Source of the DNA: Limnochordales bacterium | GTDB taxonomy: Bacteria > Bacillota > Limnochordia > Limnochordales > ZCTH02-B6 | Length of the DNA stretch: 64,000 nucleotides | Direction of reading: 5' to 3' | Assembly: GCA_035304545.1 (NCBI GenBank) | Contig: DATGPV010000032.1 | Location: forward strand, 10,589 to 74,588 | Shown: piece by piece, positions 26,285-39,872 of the stretch | Position numbering within the stretch: position 1 is the first letter of the stretch | Layout of the letters: each line of letters starts with the position of its first letter | Made by a program: the position numbers and the translations under genes | The notes under the pieces: generated by a model | The model's input: the letters and a program-made list of their open reading frames with translations, nothing else | Told to the model about the DNA's origin: nothing | The model's database searches: none

Positions 26285-27139
26285 TTATGTTCCACGTGGA
26301 ACAAGCATTTCCAGCAGCCGGCTGATGTCCTCCTGTGTGTAGAATTCGATGACGATGCGCCCGCCTTGGCCCTGGGGCTGCACCTTCACCCGCGTCCCCA
26401 AGGCCTCCGACAAACGCATCTCCACATCGGCCCAGACGGGGTCCGGCACGGCCGTCCGCCGGAGGGTCCTGCCGCTCTTCCCGTGCGCCTTTCGCTGCCG
26501 CCGGGCCAACTCCTCCGCCTGCCGGACCGTAAGCCCCTGACGCATAATCTGCTCCGCCAACTGGCGCCGCGCCCGGGGATCGTCGACGCCCAGCAGCACC
26601 TTGGCGTGGCCCACGCTCACGTCGCCCCGGGCCACCGCCTGCTGCAGGTCTTCCGAAAGGCTCAGCAGCCGCAGACTGTTGGCCACTGCCGGCCGGCTGC
26701 GGCCCACTTGGGCCGCCACTTCCTCCTGGGTCATGCCCAGTCCCAGCAGCCGCTGGTACGCCCTGGCCTCTTCGATGGGATTCAAGTCTTCCCGTTGCAA
26801 GTTCTCCACCAGGGCCACCACCGCGGCTTCCTGGTCCGTCAGCTCCCGGATGACCGCGGGGATGGACGCCAGCCCGGCCGCCTGGGCCGCCCGCCACCGG
26901 CGCTCGCCCACCACCAGCTCGTAGATGCCCTCCACGGGGCGGACGATGACCGGCTCCAGCACACCGTGGGCCCGTATGGACTCGACCAGCTCCTGCAAGG
27001 CCGCTGCATCCATTTCCGTGCGGGGCTGATACGGATTGGGCCGGATGCGTTCTACCGGGATCAGCTCCGCGCGCAGCCCCTCCGGCACGTCGGCGGAAAT
27101 GAGGGCCTTTAACCCCCGGCCCAAGGCTCGCCGGCTCAC
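26285..27139 (-). CDS. parB: Chromosome partitioning protein ParB/Spo0J
   Basis: [14 protein letters not shown]...PNPYQPR...GERRWRAAQ...[17 protein letters not shown]...GHAKVLL. The GTG at 27139 overlaps the parA stop (GTGA). Confidence 0.9.
   Translation of the reverse strand: MSRRALGRGLKALISADVPEGLRAELIPVERIRPNPYQPRTEMDAAALQELVESIRAHGVLEPVIVRPVEGIYELVVGERRWRAAQAAGLASIPAVIRELTDQEAAVVALVENLQREDLNPIEEARAYQRLLGLGMTQEEVAAQVGRSRPAVANSLRLLSLSEDLQQAVARGDVSVGHAKVLLGVDDPRARRQLAEQIMRQGLTVRQAEELARRQRKAHGKSGRTLRRTAVPDPVWADVEMRLSEALGTRVKVQPQGQGGRIVIEFYTQEDISRLLEMLVPRGT
26288..26303. promoter_or_regulatory. parS: parS site 2: TGTTCCACGTGGAACA, embedded in the last codons of parB
   Basis: An identical 16-mer 38 bp from site 1. 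On the minus strand it encodes the ParB C-terminus ...VPRGT*. Confidence 0.8.
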
Positions 27140-27927
27140 CCCGCCTTCACCTCCCGGGCCAGCCCCTCATAGGCTTTGGCGCCCCGGGAGCGGGGGTCGT
27201 AGAGCACGATGGGCTTGCCGAAGCTGGGCGCTTCGCTGAGGCGGATGTTCCTCGGGATGATGGACTCGAACACCCGCACCTTTTCGGGGATGTACCGCCG
27301 GGCTTCGCTGCTCTGGAAAAACGCGCGCACGTCCTCGATGACCTGCTGCGCCAGGTTGGTGCGGGCGTCGTACATGGTCATCACGACGCCTTCCACCCGC
27401 AGCGCCGGGTTTAGGTGGTCCCGGACCAGCCGCAAAGTCTTGACCAGCTGGCTCAAACCTTCCAGCGCGTAATACTCGCACTGGATGGGCACCAGCGCCG
27501 CATCGGCCGCGGTAAGGGCATTCAATGTCAGAAGCCCCAGGGACGGCGGCGAGTCGATGATGACATAATCAAAGCCGCCCTTCACCGCCTCCACCGCCCG
27601 GCGCAGGCGAAACTCCCTGGACATGGCCGCCACCAGCTCGATCTCGGCCCCCGCCAGCTCGATGGTGGCCGGCGCCACCCACATGCCCTCGATGGCGCAC
27701 GGGTGCCAAACCTCCGCCAACGGGACTTCATGCACCAAGACGTCGTACATGCACCGCTCCAGGCCGGCCTTCTCCACCCCTACGCCGCTGGTGGCGTTGC
27801 CCTGGGGATCCAGATCCACCAGGAGCACCTTGGCCCCGTCCACCGCCAAGTAGGCCGACAGATTGACCGCGGTCGTGCTCTTGCCGACCCCGCCCTTTTG
27901 GTTCACGATCGCGATCACCTTGGCCAT
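27136..27927 (-). CDS. parA: Chromosome partitioning ATPase ParA/Soj
   Basis: [28 protein letters not shown]...[14 protein letters not shown]...IIDSPPSLG. Confidence 0.95.
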   Translation of the reverse strand: MAKVIAIVNQKGGVGKSTTAVNLSAYLAVDGAKVLLVDLDPQGNATSGVGVEKAGLERCMYDVLVHEVPLAEVWHPCAIEGMWVAPATIELAGAEIELVAAMSREFRLRRAVEAVKGGFDYVIIDSPPSLGLLTLNALTAADAALVPIQCEYYALEGLSQLVKTLRLVRDHLNPALRVEGVVMTMYDARTNLAQQVIEDVRAFFQSSEARRYIPEKVRVFESIIPRNIRLSEAPSFGKPIVLYDPRSRGAKAYEGLAREVKAG

Positions 27928-27931
27928 GCCG

Positions 27932-29029
27932 TTACCTCCGCTCCTTCACCCGGCGCACTTTGAGGCGGATCTCCCAGCAGTCCCCTTCCTCCTCCTGGGC
28001 CACCTGCTCCTCCATCTCCACGGCCAGGCCCCTCTCCTCCATGGCCCGGACCATCTGCAGCAGCCGCTGCCGGAAAGGCGGCCAGCCGCCCGGTCCCTGC
28101 GCACCGCCGGCCTCCCCCCCGGCGCCCTCGGCGCCGGCCGCCGCCCGGGACCGAGCCGCGGCCCGCCTGCCCGGCCGGCCGCTTCCCGTGCCGGGGCCCC
28201 GGCCCTCGGGCCCGGTCCGCGCCAACCGCTCCCGGACCCGTCGCTCCGTCTCCTCCACGGTCCACCCGCCCGCTTCGATGGCCCGCGCCAGCTCTTCCTG
28301 AACGGCCGGATCCTCCAGCCGCAGCAAGGCCCGGGCGTGGCGCTCGCTCAGGACCTGGGCGGCGATCTTTTCCTGCACCGCGGGCGGCAGCCGCAGCAGC
28401 CGCAGCTTGTTGGCGATCGCGCTCTGGCTGCGCCCGATGCGCCGGGCCAACTCCTCCTGGGTCCAGCCAAAACGGTCCAGCAGCCGCCGGTAAGCCGCGG
28501 CCTCCTCCACCGGCGTCAAATCCTGGCGCTGCAAGTTTTCGATCATGGCTAGAGAGGCGGCCGCCTCATCACTGAGGTCCCGCACCACCGCCGGGATGGT
28601 GCTCCAGCCCAGCTGCAGGCACGCCCGCCAGCGCCGCTCGCCCACCACCAGCTCGTAGCCGCCCGCGCGCCGCCGCACGACCACGGGCTGCAGCAGGCCA
28701 TTGGCGGCCACCGAGGCGGCCAGCTCCGCCAGGGCGGCTTCGTCCACCCGGCTCCGGGGCTGGAAAGGCGACGGCACGATGGCCTGGATGGGGATGTGTT
28801 CCACCCGCTCCGCATCTTGCGCAGGTACCGGAAGTTCCCGGTCCCGCCGTGCCCCGCTTTCGCTGGCCCTGCCCTTCAGCAGCTCGCTCAGCCGCACGCC
28901 GGCATCACCGCCTCCCCGCCTCCGGTGCTCCTTCACTTCGTGACCCGCCAAAGGGCCTCCTGCCTCGGGCGCCTGCGGCGGCCCCGCCTCCCCCTCTCGC
29001 CGGCAGGTGACCCCGCTCCCCGCCTTCAT
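27932..29029 (-). CDS. noc: ParB-family paralogue, probable nucleoid occlusion protein Noc
   Basis: [14 protein letters not shown]...[13 protein letters not shown]...[16 protein letters not shown]...[18 protein letters not shown]. The position between soj and rsmG matches Bacillus noc, and an exact NBS is present at 24113. The ATG at 29029 overlaps the rsmG stop (ATGA). Low-complexity Gly/Arg linker in the C-terminal part. Confidence 0.75.
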   Translation of the reverse strand: MKAGSGVTCRREGEAGPPQAPEAGGPLAGHEVKEHRRRGGGDAGVRLSELLKGRASESGARRDRELPVPAQDAERVEHIPIQAIVPSPFQPRSRVDEAALAELAASVAANGLLQPVVVRRRAGGYELVVGERRWRACLQLGWSTIPAVVRDLSDEAAASLAMIENLQRQDLTPVEEAAAYRRLLDRFGWTQEELARRIGRSQSAIANKLRLLRLPPAVQEKIAAQVLSERHARALLRLEDPAVQEELARAIEAGGWTVEETERRVRERLARTGPEGRGPGTGSGRPGRRAAARSRAAAGAEGAGGEAGGAQGPGGWPPFRQRLLQMVRAMEERGLAVEMEEQVAQEEEGDCWEIRLKVRRVKERR

Positions 29030-29682
29030 CCCTCGCGCACGATGATCACCAGGCTGCGCCGCCCCGCGCCCTGGGGCAAGGACAGCCGCTGGATGGACGC
29101 GATCCGCGCCCGCTGGCCCCGCAGCGCCCCCTGGGCCGCCGCTGCTTCCGCGTCCACGTCGGGGCCCTTCATGGCCACCAGGTGGCCTCCGGCCCGCAGC
29201 AGCGGCACGCACCATCGCACCAGCCGCACCAAAGGGGCCACCGCCCGGGCCACCGCCACATCAAAGGCGTGCGCGCTCTGCGGCTCCCGGGCGAGCCGCT
29301 CGGCCCGCGCGTGGACCACCTGGACATCTTGCCAGCCAAAGTGCTCCACCACGCTTTCCAGAAAGCGCACCCGCTTCAGGGTGGCGTCGACCAGCGTCAG
29401 CCCCAGGTCCGGGCGGGCCAGCTTCAGGGGAATCCCGGGAAAGCCGGCCCCCGTGCCCACATCCACCACCCGCGCCCCAGGTGCAAACACCCCGGTGAGC
29501 AGGCACGTCAGGGAATCGACGAAGTGTTTGAGGGTGGCTTCCTCATCGCCGGTAATGCGGGTCAGGTTCATGCGCTCGTTGGCCGCCAGCACCAGCCGCC
29601 AGTAGGCCCGCATCTTCTCGGCAGCTGCCGGCGCGAGGGCGATGCCCATTTCAGCGCAGAACTCCTCCAACCCCACCAGCAC
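29026..29682 (-). CDS. rsmG: 16S rRNA (guanine527-N7)-methyltransferase RsmG
   Basis: 218 aa: ...NERMNLTRITGDEEATLKHFVDSL...VVDVGTGAGFPGIPLKL...ARAVAPL. Confidence 0.9.
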   Translation of the reverse strand: MLVGLEEFCAEMGIALAPAAAEKMRAYWRLVLAANERMNLTRITGDEEATLKHFVDSLTCLLTGVFAPGARVVDVGTGAGFPGIPLKLARPDLGLTLVDATLKRVRFLESVVEHFGWQDVQVVHARAERLAREPQSAHAFDVAVARAVAPLVRLVRWCVPLLRAGGHLVAMKGPDVDAEAAAAQGALRGQRARIASIQRLSLPQGAGRRSLVIIVREG

Positions 29683-29766
29683 GTATGTTCGCCTCCCTCC
29701 AGCAAAAAGCGCGAAACCGACGGTTTCGCGCCCTCCTCTGACCGCAGACCCGACGTGCTGCCCCGG

Positions 29767-30636
29767 TCAAGGCTGCCGGGGTACGATGATGACCCGCCGG
29801 TGCGGCTCTTCACCCTCGCTGTAGGTTTCCACGCCCGCTTCCCCGGCCAGGGCCAAATGCACGATGCGCCGCTCCAGCGCGTTCATAGGCTCCAACGCGA
29901 CTTTGCGCCCCTGCCGCCGGGCCCGGGCCGCCATGCGCCGGGCCAGCGCCGCCAGCGCCTCGGCCCGCCGCGCCCGGTAGCCTTCCGCGTCCAGCACGAT
30001 GCGCACCCGCCGGCCTTCCCCCCGGTTGGCCACCTGGTTGACCAGGAACTGCAGGGCATCCAGCGTCTGGCCCCGCCGGCCGATGATGAGGCCCAGGTCG
30101 CCGCCCACGATGTTGATGTGCACCGTGCCTTCCTCGTCGATGCGGCTTTCCAGCGCCGCGTCCACTTCCATCCGCTCCAGCACCCCGGCCAGGAACGTGC
30201 GGGCCCGGGCCACCCGCCGCTCATCCGGGGGCCCGGCCGCGGCTCCGGGCTCCTCCGCATCCGCTCCGTCGCCCGCCGTTTCCTCCTTCCACGCTTCGGC
30301 CCACGACGGGTCCTCTCCTGGCTCCTGCCCGGCACCGGGGCCCGGCATGGCGCTTTCGGGGGGCTCCCCACCGCCCCCGGGGGCGATGGCCTCGCCCGGA
30401 CCGGCCGCTTCCGTCGCGGCCCCCGCGTTGGCCGCGGCCCTCACCGCCGCGGGTTCATCTTCTTCCTTCAACCGGACCCGCACCCGCGCCTGGCGGGCGC
30501 CCAGCAGCCCAAAGAGGCCCTTGTTGCCCTCTTCCAGCACCTCAATTTCCACCTGCTCCCGGCTGGCGCCCAGGGCCGCCAGGGCCGCGGCCACCGCCTC
30601 CTCGACGGTCCGCGCCGTCTTTTCCACAACCCGCAT
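29767..30636 (-). CDS. jag: Jag/KhpB (SpoIIIJ-associated) RNA-binding protein, KH + R3H domains
   Basis: MRVVEKTARTVEEAVAAALAALGASREQVEIEVLEEGNKGLFG (Jag_N), IIGRRGQTLDALQFL (KH) and ERRIVHLAL (R3H), with a long acidic low-complexity linker. The start overlaps the yidC stop. Confidence 0.85.
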   Translation of the reverse strand: MRVVEKTARTVEEAVAAALAALGASREQVEIEVLEEGNKGLFGLLGARQARVRVRLKEEDEPAAVRAAANAGAATEAAGPGEAIAPGGGGEPPESAMPGPGAGQEPGEDPSWAEAWKEETAGDGADAEEPGAAAGPPDERRVARARTFLAGVLERMEVDAALESRIDEEGTVHINIVGGDLGLIIGRRGQTLDALQFLVNQVANRGEGRRVRIVLDAEGYRARRAEALAALARRMAARARRQGRKVALEPMNALERRIVHLALAGEAGVETYSEGEEPHRRVIIVPRQP

Positions 30637-31274
30637 CAGCCCGCTTTATCCCCCTTTTTGGCGGCCTCCAGCTGCTTGTTGATGAGGTACTGCTGGCCCA
30701 TGGAGAACAGGTTGCTGACCACCCAGTAGAGCACGAGGCCCGCCGGGAACTGGATGCTGATCCAGGTAAGGAAAAGGGGCATGATCAACATCATTGCCCT
30801 TTGACTGGGGTCCGTCGAGGTCAGCATCATCTGGCCGTAGGTGGTAAGCCCCGACAGAATCGGCAGGATCCACAGCGGCTCACCGGCGGGCCCCGCCAGG
30901 TCCCAGATCAAAAAGTCCCTCTGCTCCAGCGGAAAGTCCTGCAGCACCCGGAACAGGGCCCACAAGAAGGGCAGCTGGATGAGCACCGGCAAGCAGCCGC
31001 CCAGCGGGTTGATCTTGTGCTCCTGGTAGAGCTCCATGACCCGCTTTTGGTATTCCTGCGGCTTATCCTTGTACTTCTTCTGCAGCTCCTGAATTTTGGG
31101 CTGCAGCTCCCGCATGGCCGCCAGGGACTTGGTCTGGCTCAAAGTAAGCGGGTAAAGGGCCAAGCGGATGGTGACGGTCAGGAGGATGATGGCCAGTCCT
31201 GAGCTGTTGGTCAGGTCGGCAAAGAAGACGAGCAGCTGAAGCAGGATGTTCTGGAAAAACTCAATCAAACGCAA
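30636..31274 (-). CDS. yidC: Membrane protein insertase YidC/SpoIIIJ
   Basis: 212 aa: GLAIILLTVTIRLALYPLT...MRELQPKIQELQKKYKD...YQEHKINPLGGCLPVLIQLPF. Confidence 0.9.
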   Translation of the reverse strand: MRLIEFFQNILLQLLVFFADLTNSSGLAIILLTVTIRLALYPLTLSQTKSLAAMRELQPKIQELQKKYKDKPQEYQKRVMELYQEHKINPLGGCLPVLIQLPFLWALFRVLQDFPLEQRDFLIWDLAGPAGEPLWILPILSGLTTYGQMMLTSTDPSQRAMMLIMPLFLTWISIQFPAGLVLYWVVSNLFSMGQQYLINKQLEAAKKGDKAG

Positions 31275-31297
31275 GCCGCCCCCGTATCTCTGGACAT

Positions 31298-31546
31298 TTA
31301 CGGCACCGGGTCATAGCCGCCGGGGTGCCACGGATGGCATTTGGCCAGCCGCACGACGGCCATCCAACCGCCGCGCAGCACCCCGTGCCGGCGCAGCGCC
31401 TGTTCCGCATATTCTGAGCAAGAAGGGTAGAAGCGGCAACGGGGCGGGAGCAGGGGGGACACGGCGGTCCGGTAGATCCGGATCACGCCGATAAGAAGGA
31501 GCTGGATAATGTGGACCGGTCGGCTGTTTCCCTGTTCCCCCGTCAC
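31298..31546 (-). CDS. yidD: Membrane protein insertion efficiency factor YidD
   Basis: [35 protein letters not shown]...[14 protein letters not shown]. The ATG overlaps the rnpA stop (ATGA). Confidence 0.9.
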   Translation of the reverse strand: MTGEQGNSRPVHIIQLLLIGVIRIYRTAVSPLLPPRCRFYPSCSEYAEQALRRHGVLRGGWMAVVRLAKCHPWHPGGYDPVP

Positions 31547-31917
31547 TGGCCCCCCTCCGCCTCCTCGGGCGCCGCCGGGCGGTCCCGCAGCGCGCCGGCA
31601 CTGGCCAACAGCTGCTGGACCGCCTCCTTCAGTTGCGCAAACTCCGCATCCTTGGCCGCGACCCGCGCGGAAAACACCAGGTGCAGGCCGGGCTTGAGCT
31701 GCTCGGCGTAGGCCCGCACGGCTTCCCGCAGCCGCCGCTTTACCCGGTTGCGCACCACCGCCTTGCCCAGCTTCTTGCTGACGGCAAATCCGACCCGCGT
31801 GACGCCGTCCGGCGCGTCCGCCACGTGCAACACCGCCAGACGGTTCTTTCGAAACCGGCCTGACTGGTAGCAGCGCGCAAAGTCCTGCGGGCGCCGCAAC
31901 CGCTCCAACGGCGACAC
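31543..31917 (-). CDS. rnpA: Ribonuclease P protein component
   Basis: 124 aa: [26 protein letters not shown]...[26 protein letters not shown] start, directly downstream of rpmH. Confidence 0.9.
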   Translation of the reverse strand: MSPLERLRRPQDFARCYQSGRFRKNRLAVLHVADAPDGVTRVGFAVSKKLGKAVVRNRVKRRLREAVRAYAEQLKPGLHLVFSARVAAKDAEFAQLKEAVQQLLASAGALRDRPAAPEEAEGGQ

Positions 31918-31925
31918 CTGCGCCT

Positions 31926-32060
31926 TTACACCGTCAGGCGATGCCGCCCCTTTGCCCGGCGCCGCTTGAGCACCCGCCGCCCGCCCGGCGTGGACATCCG
32001 CTGCAAGAATCCATGGGTCCGCTTGCGGCGCAGACGATTGGGCTGGAACGTGCGCTTCAC
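31926..32060 (-). CDS. rpmH: 50S ribosomal protein L34
   Basis: Too short for the ORF track. The minus strand reads GTG AAG CGC ACG TTC CAG ..., giving [44 protein letters not shown] (44 aa). RBS GGAGAGGTG. Confidence 0.95.
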   Translation of the reverse strand: MKRTFQPNRLRRKRTHGFLQRMSTPGGRRVLKRRRAKGRHRLTV

Positions 32061-32089
32061 TGCGCTCACCTCTCCTGAAGACTGACTCG

Positions 32090-32119
32090 ATTATAGACTA
32101 CGCCCAGATGGAGCGTCAA
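32090..32119 (-). promoter_or_regulatory. Sigma-A type promoter for rpmH-rnpA: TTGACG-18 nt-TATAAT
   Basis: Minus strand: -35 TTGACG (32119-32114) and -10 TATAAT (32095-32090), about 30 nt upstream of the rpmH GTG. Confidence 0.5.
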
Positions 32120-32238
32120 TCTCCGCGCCTTCACGGCCCCCGGCCGGGCCCCGCGTCCAGGCCGCCCTCCCCGATCAGTGTTCCGTCCCGGGCCGCGCGC
32201 CGCGCGGCGCGCGCAAAAAAAATCTTTGCCCCATGGCC

Positions 32239-32512
32239 TGTGGAGAATTCTGTGGATAACCTTTTCCCCGGCTGGGGAAAAGGCGGCCCCGTGCCGCTTC
32301 ACTGCCGCCTTTCCGCGCCTTGGAAAGCAAAATCCCAGCTACAGGCCGGTTTCCTTCGGGGACCCCGCTAGTCCCGATCCGCCGGAAACGCATGACGACG
32401 CCTCCTGGCCCTTGTGGACAACCTGTGGAATTCCGAAACCCCAGGTACAGAAGCCCGCATCCGACCAGGGGCTTTATGACGCGCCCCCAGCCTGTGGATA
32501 ACTTGTGAATAT
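32239..32512 (+). promoter_or_regulatory. oriC: oriC DnaA-box cluster (six boxes in three closely spaced pairs) upstream of dnaA
   Basis: Reverse complement of TTATCCACA, all in the same orientation: TGTGGAGAA 32239, TGTGGATAA 32251 (perfect), TGTGGACAA 32413, TGTGGAATT 32424, TGTGGATAA 32493 (perfect), TGTGAATAT 32504. Pair spacing is 11-12 bp. The cluster lies between rpmH and dnaA. Confidence 0.75.
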
Positions 32513-32712
32513 CGGCTTTCTGCGCCGCTTTCGACCACGGCAGGAGATGGTCAGAAGGGCCAAGAATATGTGCCGTGCACCTCGCGCCGGGGCAGCCGGC
32601 GCTTCACGCGGGACATCCCGGGCTCCCCGGGGGTCCCGCGGACTGTCTCTGGGAACTACTCGCGAGAGGGAGGCAGCCGCAGGCCCCGCGCACCTTGAGC
32701 CTGCCCCTGGAC

Positions 32713-34188
32713 ATGACTGAGCAGTTGACACCCATCTGGTCCGAGGCGGTCAACCGGCTGGCGGAGGATCTGGACGACAAGAGCTTCGCCATCTGGCTGC
32801 GCCAGGCAAAGCCCCTATATCTGGACGGCGGGCGGCTTGTCGTGCAGATGCCCAACGTTTGGGCCCGCGACTGGGTGCAGGTTCGCTACCGGTCCGCGCT
32901 GCAGGCCGCGCTGCGGGCCGTGTCCGGCACCGAATGGGATCTGCACTTCGTCACCCCCGGCGGCTACCCGCCGGAGGCTCCCCCGGCCCCGGCCGCGGCG
33001 CCGTTGTCTGGCGCGCGTCCCGGCCCGTTCCCCGGGCCCACCGCGCCCGGCGTCCCGCTGGCGTCGGAACCCGGGGCCAACGGCCACCCGCCTGCCCGGG
33101 CCGCCGCAGGGCCGCCGCGTGCGAACCCTGCGCCCCGGCCGGAACCCGCGGACGACTACCAGATCCCGCTGAATCCGCGCTATACCTTTGACAGCTTCGT
33201 CGTAGGCCCCAGCAACCGCTTTGCCCACGCGGCCTGCCTGGCGGTGGCCGAGGCGCCCGCGGAAGCCTACAATCCCCTTTTCATCTACGGCGGCGTCGGC
33301 CTGGGCAAAACCCATCTCATGCAGGCCATTGCCCAGCACAGCCGCACCTACCACCCGCACCGGCGAGTGGTTTACGTCTCGTCCGAAACCTTTACCAACG
33401 AGCTCATCAACGCCTTGCAGCATAAGGCCATGCCGGCCTTCCGGGCCAAATACCGGTCCGTGGACATCCTGCTCATCGACGACATTCAGTTCATTGCCGG
33501 CAAGGAGAGCACCCAAGAGGAATTTTTCCATACTTTCAACGCCCTCTTCGAAGTCAACAAGCAGATCGTCATTTCCAGCGACCGGCCTCCCCGGGAAATT
33601 CCCCACCTGGAGGAGCGGCTGCGCTCCCGCTTTGAGTGGGGCCTGGCGGCCGATGTGCAGCCCCCGGACTTTGAAACCCGCACGGCCATCATCCGCAAGA
33701 AGGCGGCCGACGAAGGTTTGAACGTCCCCCAGGACGTGCTGCTGTACATCGCCCAGCAGGCCCAGTCCAACATCCGCGAACTGGAGGGGGCCTTGACCCG
33801 GGTGGTGGCCTACGCGCGCGCCATCGGCCGGCCCTTGACGGTGGAGCTGGCGGCCGAGGCCCTCAAGGACCTCCTGCCCGCCCAGCAGCCGCAGCCCATC
33901 TCCATCGCGGCCATCCAGCAGTGCGTGGCGCGCTACTTCGGCCTGCGCACTTCCGATTTGATTTCCAAGTCCCGTTCCCGCAACATCGCGTTCCCGCGGC
34001 AGATCGCGATGTATTTGGCCCGAATCCTCACCGACGCCTCGCTGCCGGCCATCGGCGAGGAGTTTGGCGGGCGGGACCACACCACGGTGCTGCACGCGTG
34101 CGAGAAGATCAAGGCCCAACTGGCCACGGATCCCAGCCTGGCGGCCACGTTGAAGGAGCTCCAGGCCCAGATCTCGAACGGTGGATAG
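32713..34188 (+). CDS. dnaA: Chromosomal replication initiator protein DnaA
   Basis: MTEQLTPIWSEAVNRLAEDLDDKSFAIWLRQAKP..., AAA+ Walker A GGVGLGKTHLM, LLIDDIQF, and the C-terminal DnaA signature HTTVLHACEKI. No strong SD precedes ATG 32713, so the start is somewhat uncertain. Has a Pro/Ala-rich linker. Confidence 0.95.
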   Translation: MTEQLTPIWSEAVNRLAEDLDDKSFAIWLRQAKPLYLDGGRLVVQMPNVWARDWVQVRYRSALQAALRAVSGTEWDLHFVTPGGYPPEAPPAPAAAPLSGARPGPFPGPTAPGVPLASEPGANGHPPARAAAGPPRANPAPRPEPADDYQIPLNPRYTFDSFVVGPSNRFAHAACLAVAEAPAEAYNPLFIYGGVGLGKTHLMQAIAQHSRTYHPHRRVVYVSSETFTNELINALQHKAMPAFRAKYRSVDILLIDDIQFIAGKESTQEEFFHTFNALFEVNKQIVISSDRPPREIPHLEERLRSRFEWGLAADVQPPDFETRTAIIRKKAADEGLNVPQDVLLYIAQQAQSNIRELEGALTRVVAYARAIGRPLTVELAAEALKDLLPAQQPQPISIAAIQQCVARYFGLRTSDLISKSRSRNIAFPRQIAMYLARILTDASLPAIGEEFGGRDHTTVLHACEKIKAQLATDPSLAATLKELQAQISNGG

Positions 34189-34452
34189 TCCAGGCTGTTG
34201 GTGCCTTGGGGATAGCCTGTGCATGGCCGGTGGACGGGCGGTGGACGGCCCGGGGATGGCCGCCGCCGCGGCCGGGGCGCCTGGGGTCATGTGGACAGAC
34301 CGTGGGCGCTCCTCCCCAAGCCTTCCCCAGCCTCAAAGGCCGTCACGACGGGCCGCAAGGCACTTATCCCCACCGCCCACAGCGCCTGCTAATGCTTCTG
34401 CGACCTACGAAATCTGATGGATAGTGAAGCAGTCCAAAGGAGTGGCGGAACG

Positions 34453-35562
34453 ATGCAGTTCACGTGCGACCGGGAGAGCCTCGTCCATGCGGTCTCGTTG
34501 GTGGAGCGGGCGGTGGCGACCCGCGACGCGATGTTTCTCTTGACGGGAATCCTGCTGGAGGCGCAGGAAGGGCGCCTCAAGCTGGTGGCCACCGACTTGG
34601 AGCTGGGCATCGAAAGCGCCGTGCCCGCCGAGACCGAGCGCCCGGGCGCCGTGGTCGTCGATGGCCGCCTCCTTGGGCAATTGGTCCGCAAGCTGCCCGG
34701 CGAAAAGGTGCAGCTGGCGCTGGGGGAGGGGGAAGGGCTGGCGGTGGTGCGCTCGGGGAGGGCCGAATTCTCGCTGCACATCCGGCCGGCCAACGACTTT
34801 CCGCCCTTGCCCGACAAGCCCGCGCAGGACCGCTGGCGGGTGCAGCAGCGCCTGCTGCGGGACATGATCCGCCAAACGGCCTTTGCGGCCGCCGCCGATG
34901 AAACCCGTCCCTACCTCACGGGTGTCCTTTTCGAGGTGGAGGGCCAGGAGCTGCGCCTCGTTGCCACGGATTCCAACCGGCTGGCTTTCCGCAAGGGTGT
35001 CCTCGCCGAGCCGGCCGCGGCGCCCCGGCAGGCCATCGTGCCTGCGCGCACGGCCCACGAGGTCGCCAGGATCCTGCACGCCGAGGGCGACGCCACGGTG
35101 GATATCGCCGTGGCCGACAGCCACATCGCCTTTGAAACCGGCGAGGCCCGGGTGGTGTCGCGCCTATTGGAGGGGACGTACCCCAATTACCGCCAAGTCC
35201 TGCCCCAAGAGCAGCCCATCCGCACCCGGGTGGACCGGAACGTGCTCCAGGCCGCTGTGGAGCGGGCGGCGCTGCTGTCCCGCAAAGGGCCGGCCGTCGT
35301 GATCGTCAACGTGGCCGATTCGACCTTGACCATAAGCGCGCGGGAGGCCGACGTGGGCCGCTCCCAGGAGGAGATCGAAGTGGCCCACGAGGGCGAGGCG
35401 GGGCAAAACGCCTACCAGGCCCGGTTTCTGCTGGACGTGCTGCGGGTGGTGGACACCGATGAGGTGCAGTTCGACTTCACCGAGGGCGACAAGCCGGCCA
35501 CTGTCAAGCCGGTGAACGGGGAAGACTACGTGTGCCTGATCATGCCCATCCGGCTGGGCTGA
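34453..35562 (+). CDS. dnaN: DNA polymerase III beta sliding clamp
   Basis: MQFTCDRESLVHAVSLVERAV...LVATDLELGIE...LVATDSNRLA...; 369 aa. ATG lies 10 nt after AAGGAG. Confidence 0.95.
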   Translation: MQFTCDRESLVHAVSLVERAVATRDAMFLLTGILLEAQEGRLKLVATDLELGIESAVPAETERPGAVVVDGRLLGQLVRKLPGEKVQLALGEGEGLAVVRSGRAEFSLHIRPANDFPPLPDKPAQDRWRVQQRLLRDMIRQTAFAAAADETRPYLTGVLFEVEGQELRLVATDSNRLAFRKGVLAEPAAAPRQAIVPARTAHEVARILHAEGDATVDIAVADSHIAFETGEARVVSRLLEGTYPNYRQVLPQEQPIRTRVDRNVLQAAVERAALLSRKGPAVVIVNVADSTLTISAREADVGRSQEEIEVAHEGEAGQNAYQARFLLDVLRVVDTDEVQFDFTEGDKPATVKPVNGEDYVCLIMPIRLG

Positions 35563-35593
35563 CGGCCCCGCCGACCCGAAGGACCGGGCGCCC

Positions 35594-39800
<4,207 letters not shown>

Positions 39801-39872
39801 CGGCGCGCCGTTGGGGGCCGGCCGGGCCCCGGCGGGCCGGCGCCCTTGGACTTGACATGAGGAGATACAGCC

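Noticed and set aside
33586-33600. NBS half-sites such as CCCCGGGAAATTCC inside dnaA and GGAATCCCGGGAAAGCC near 29430.
   Set aside because: Only one half matches ATTTCCCGGGAAAT. CCCGGG-containing strings are frequent in this GC-rich DNA. Only the 24113 site is a full palindrome.
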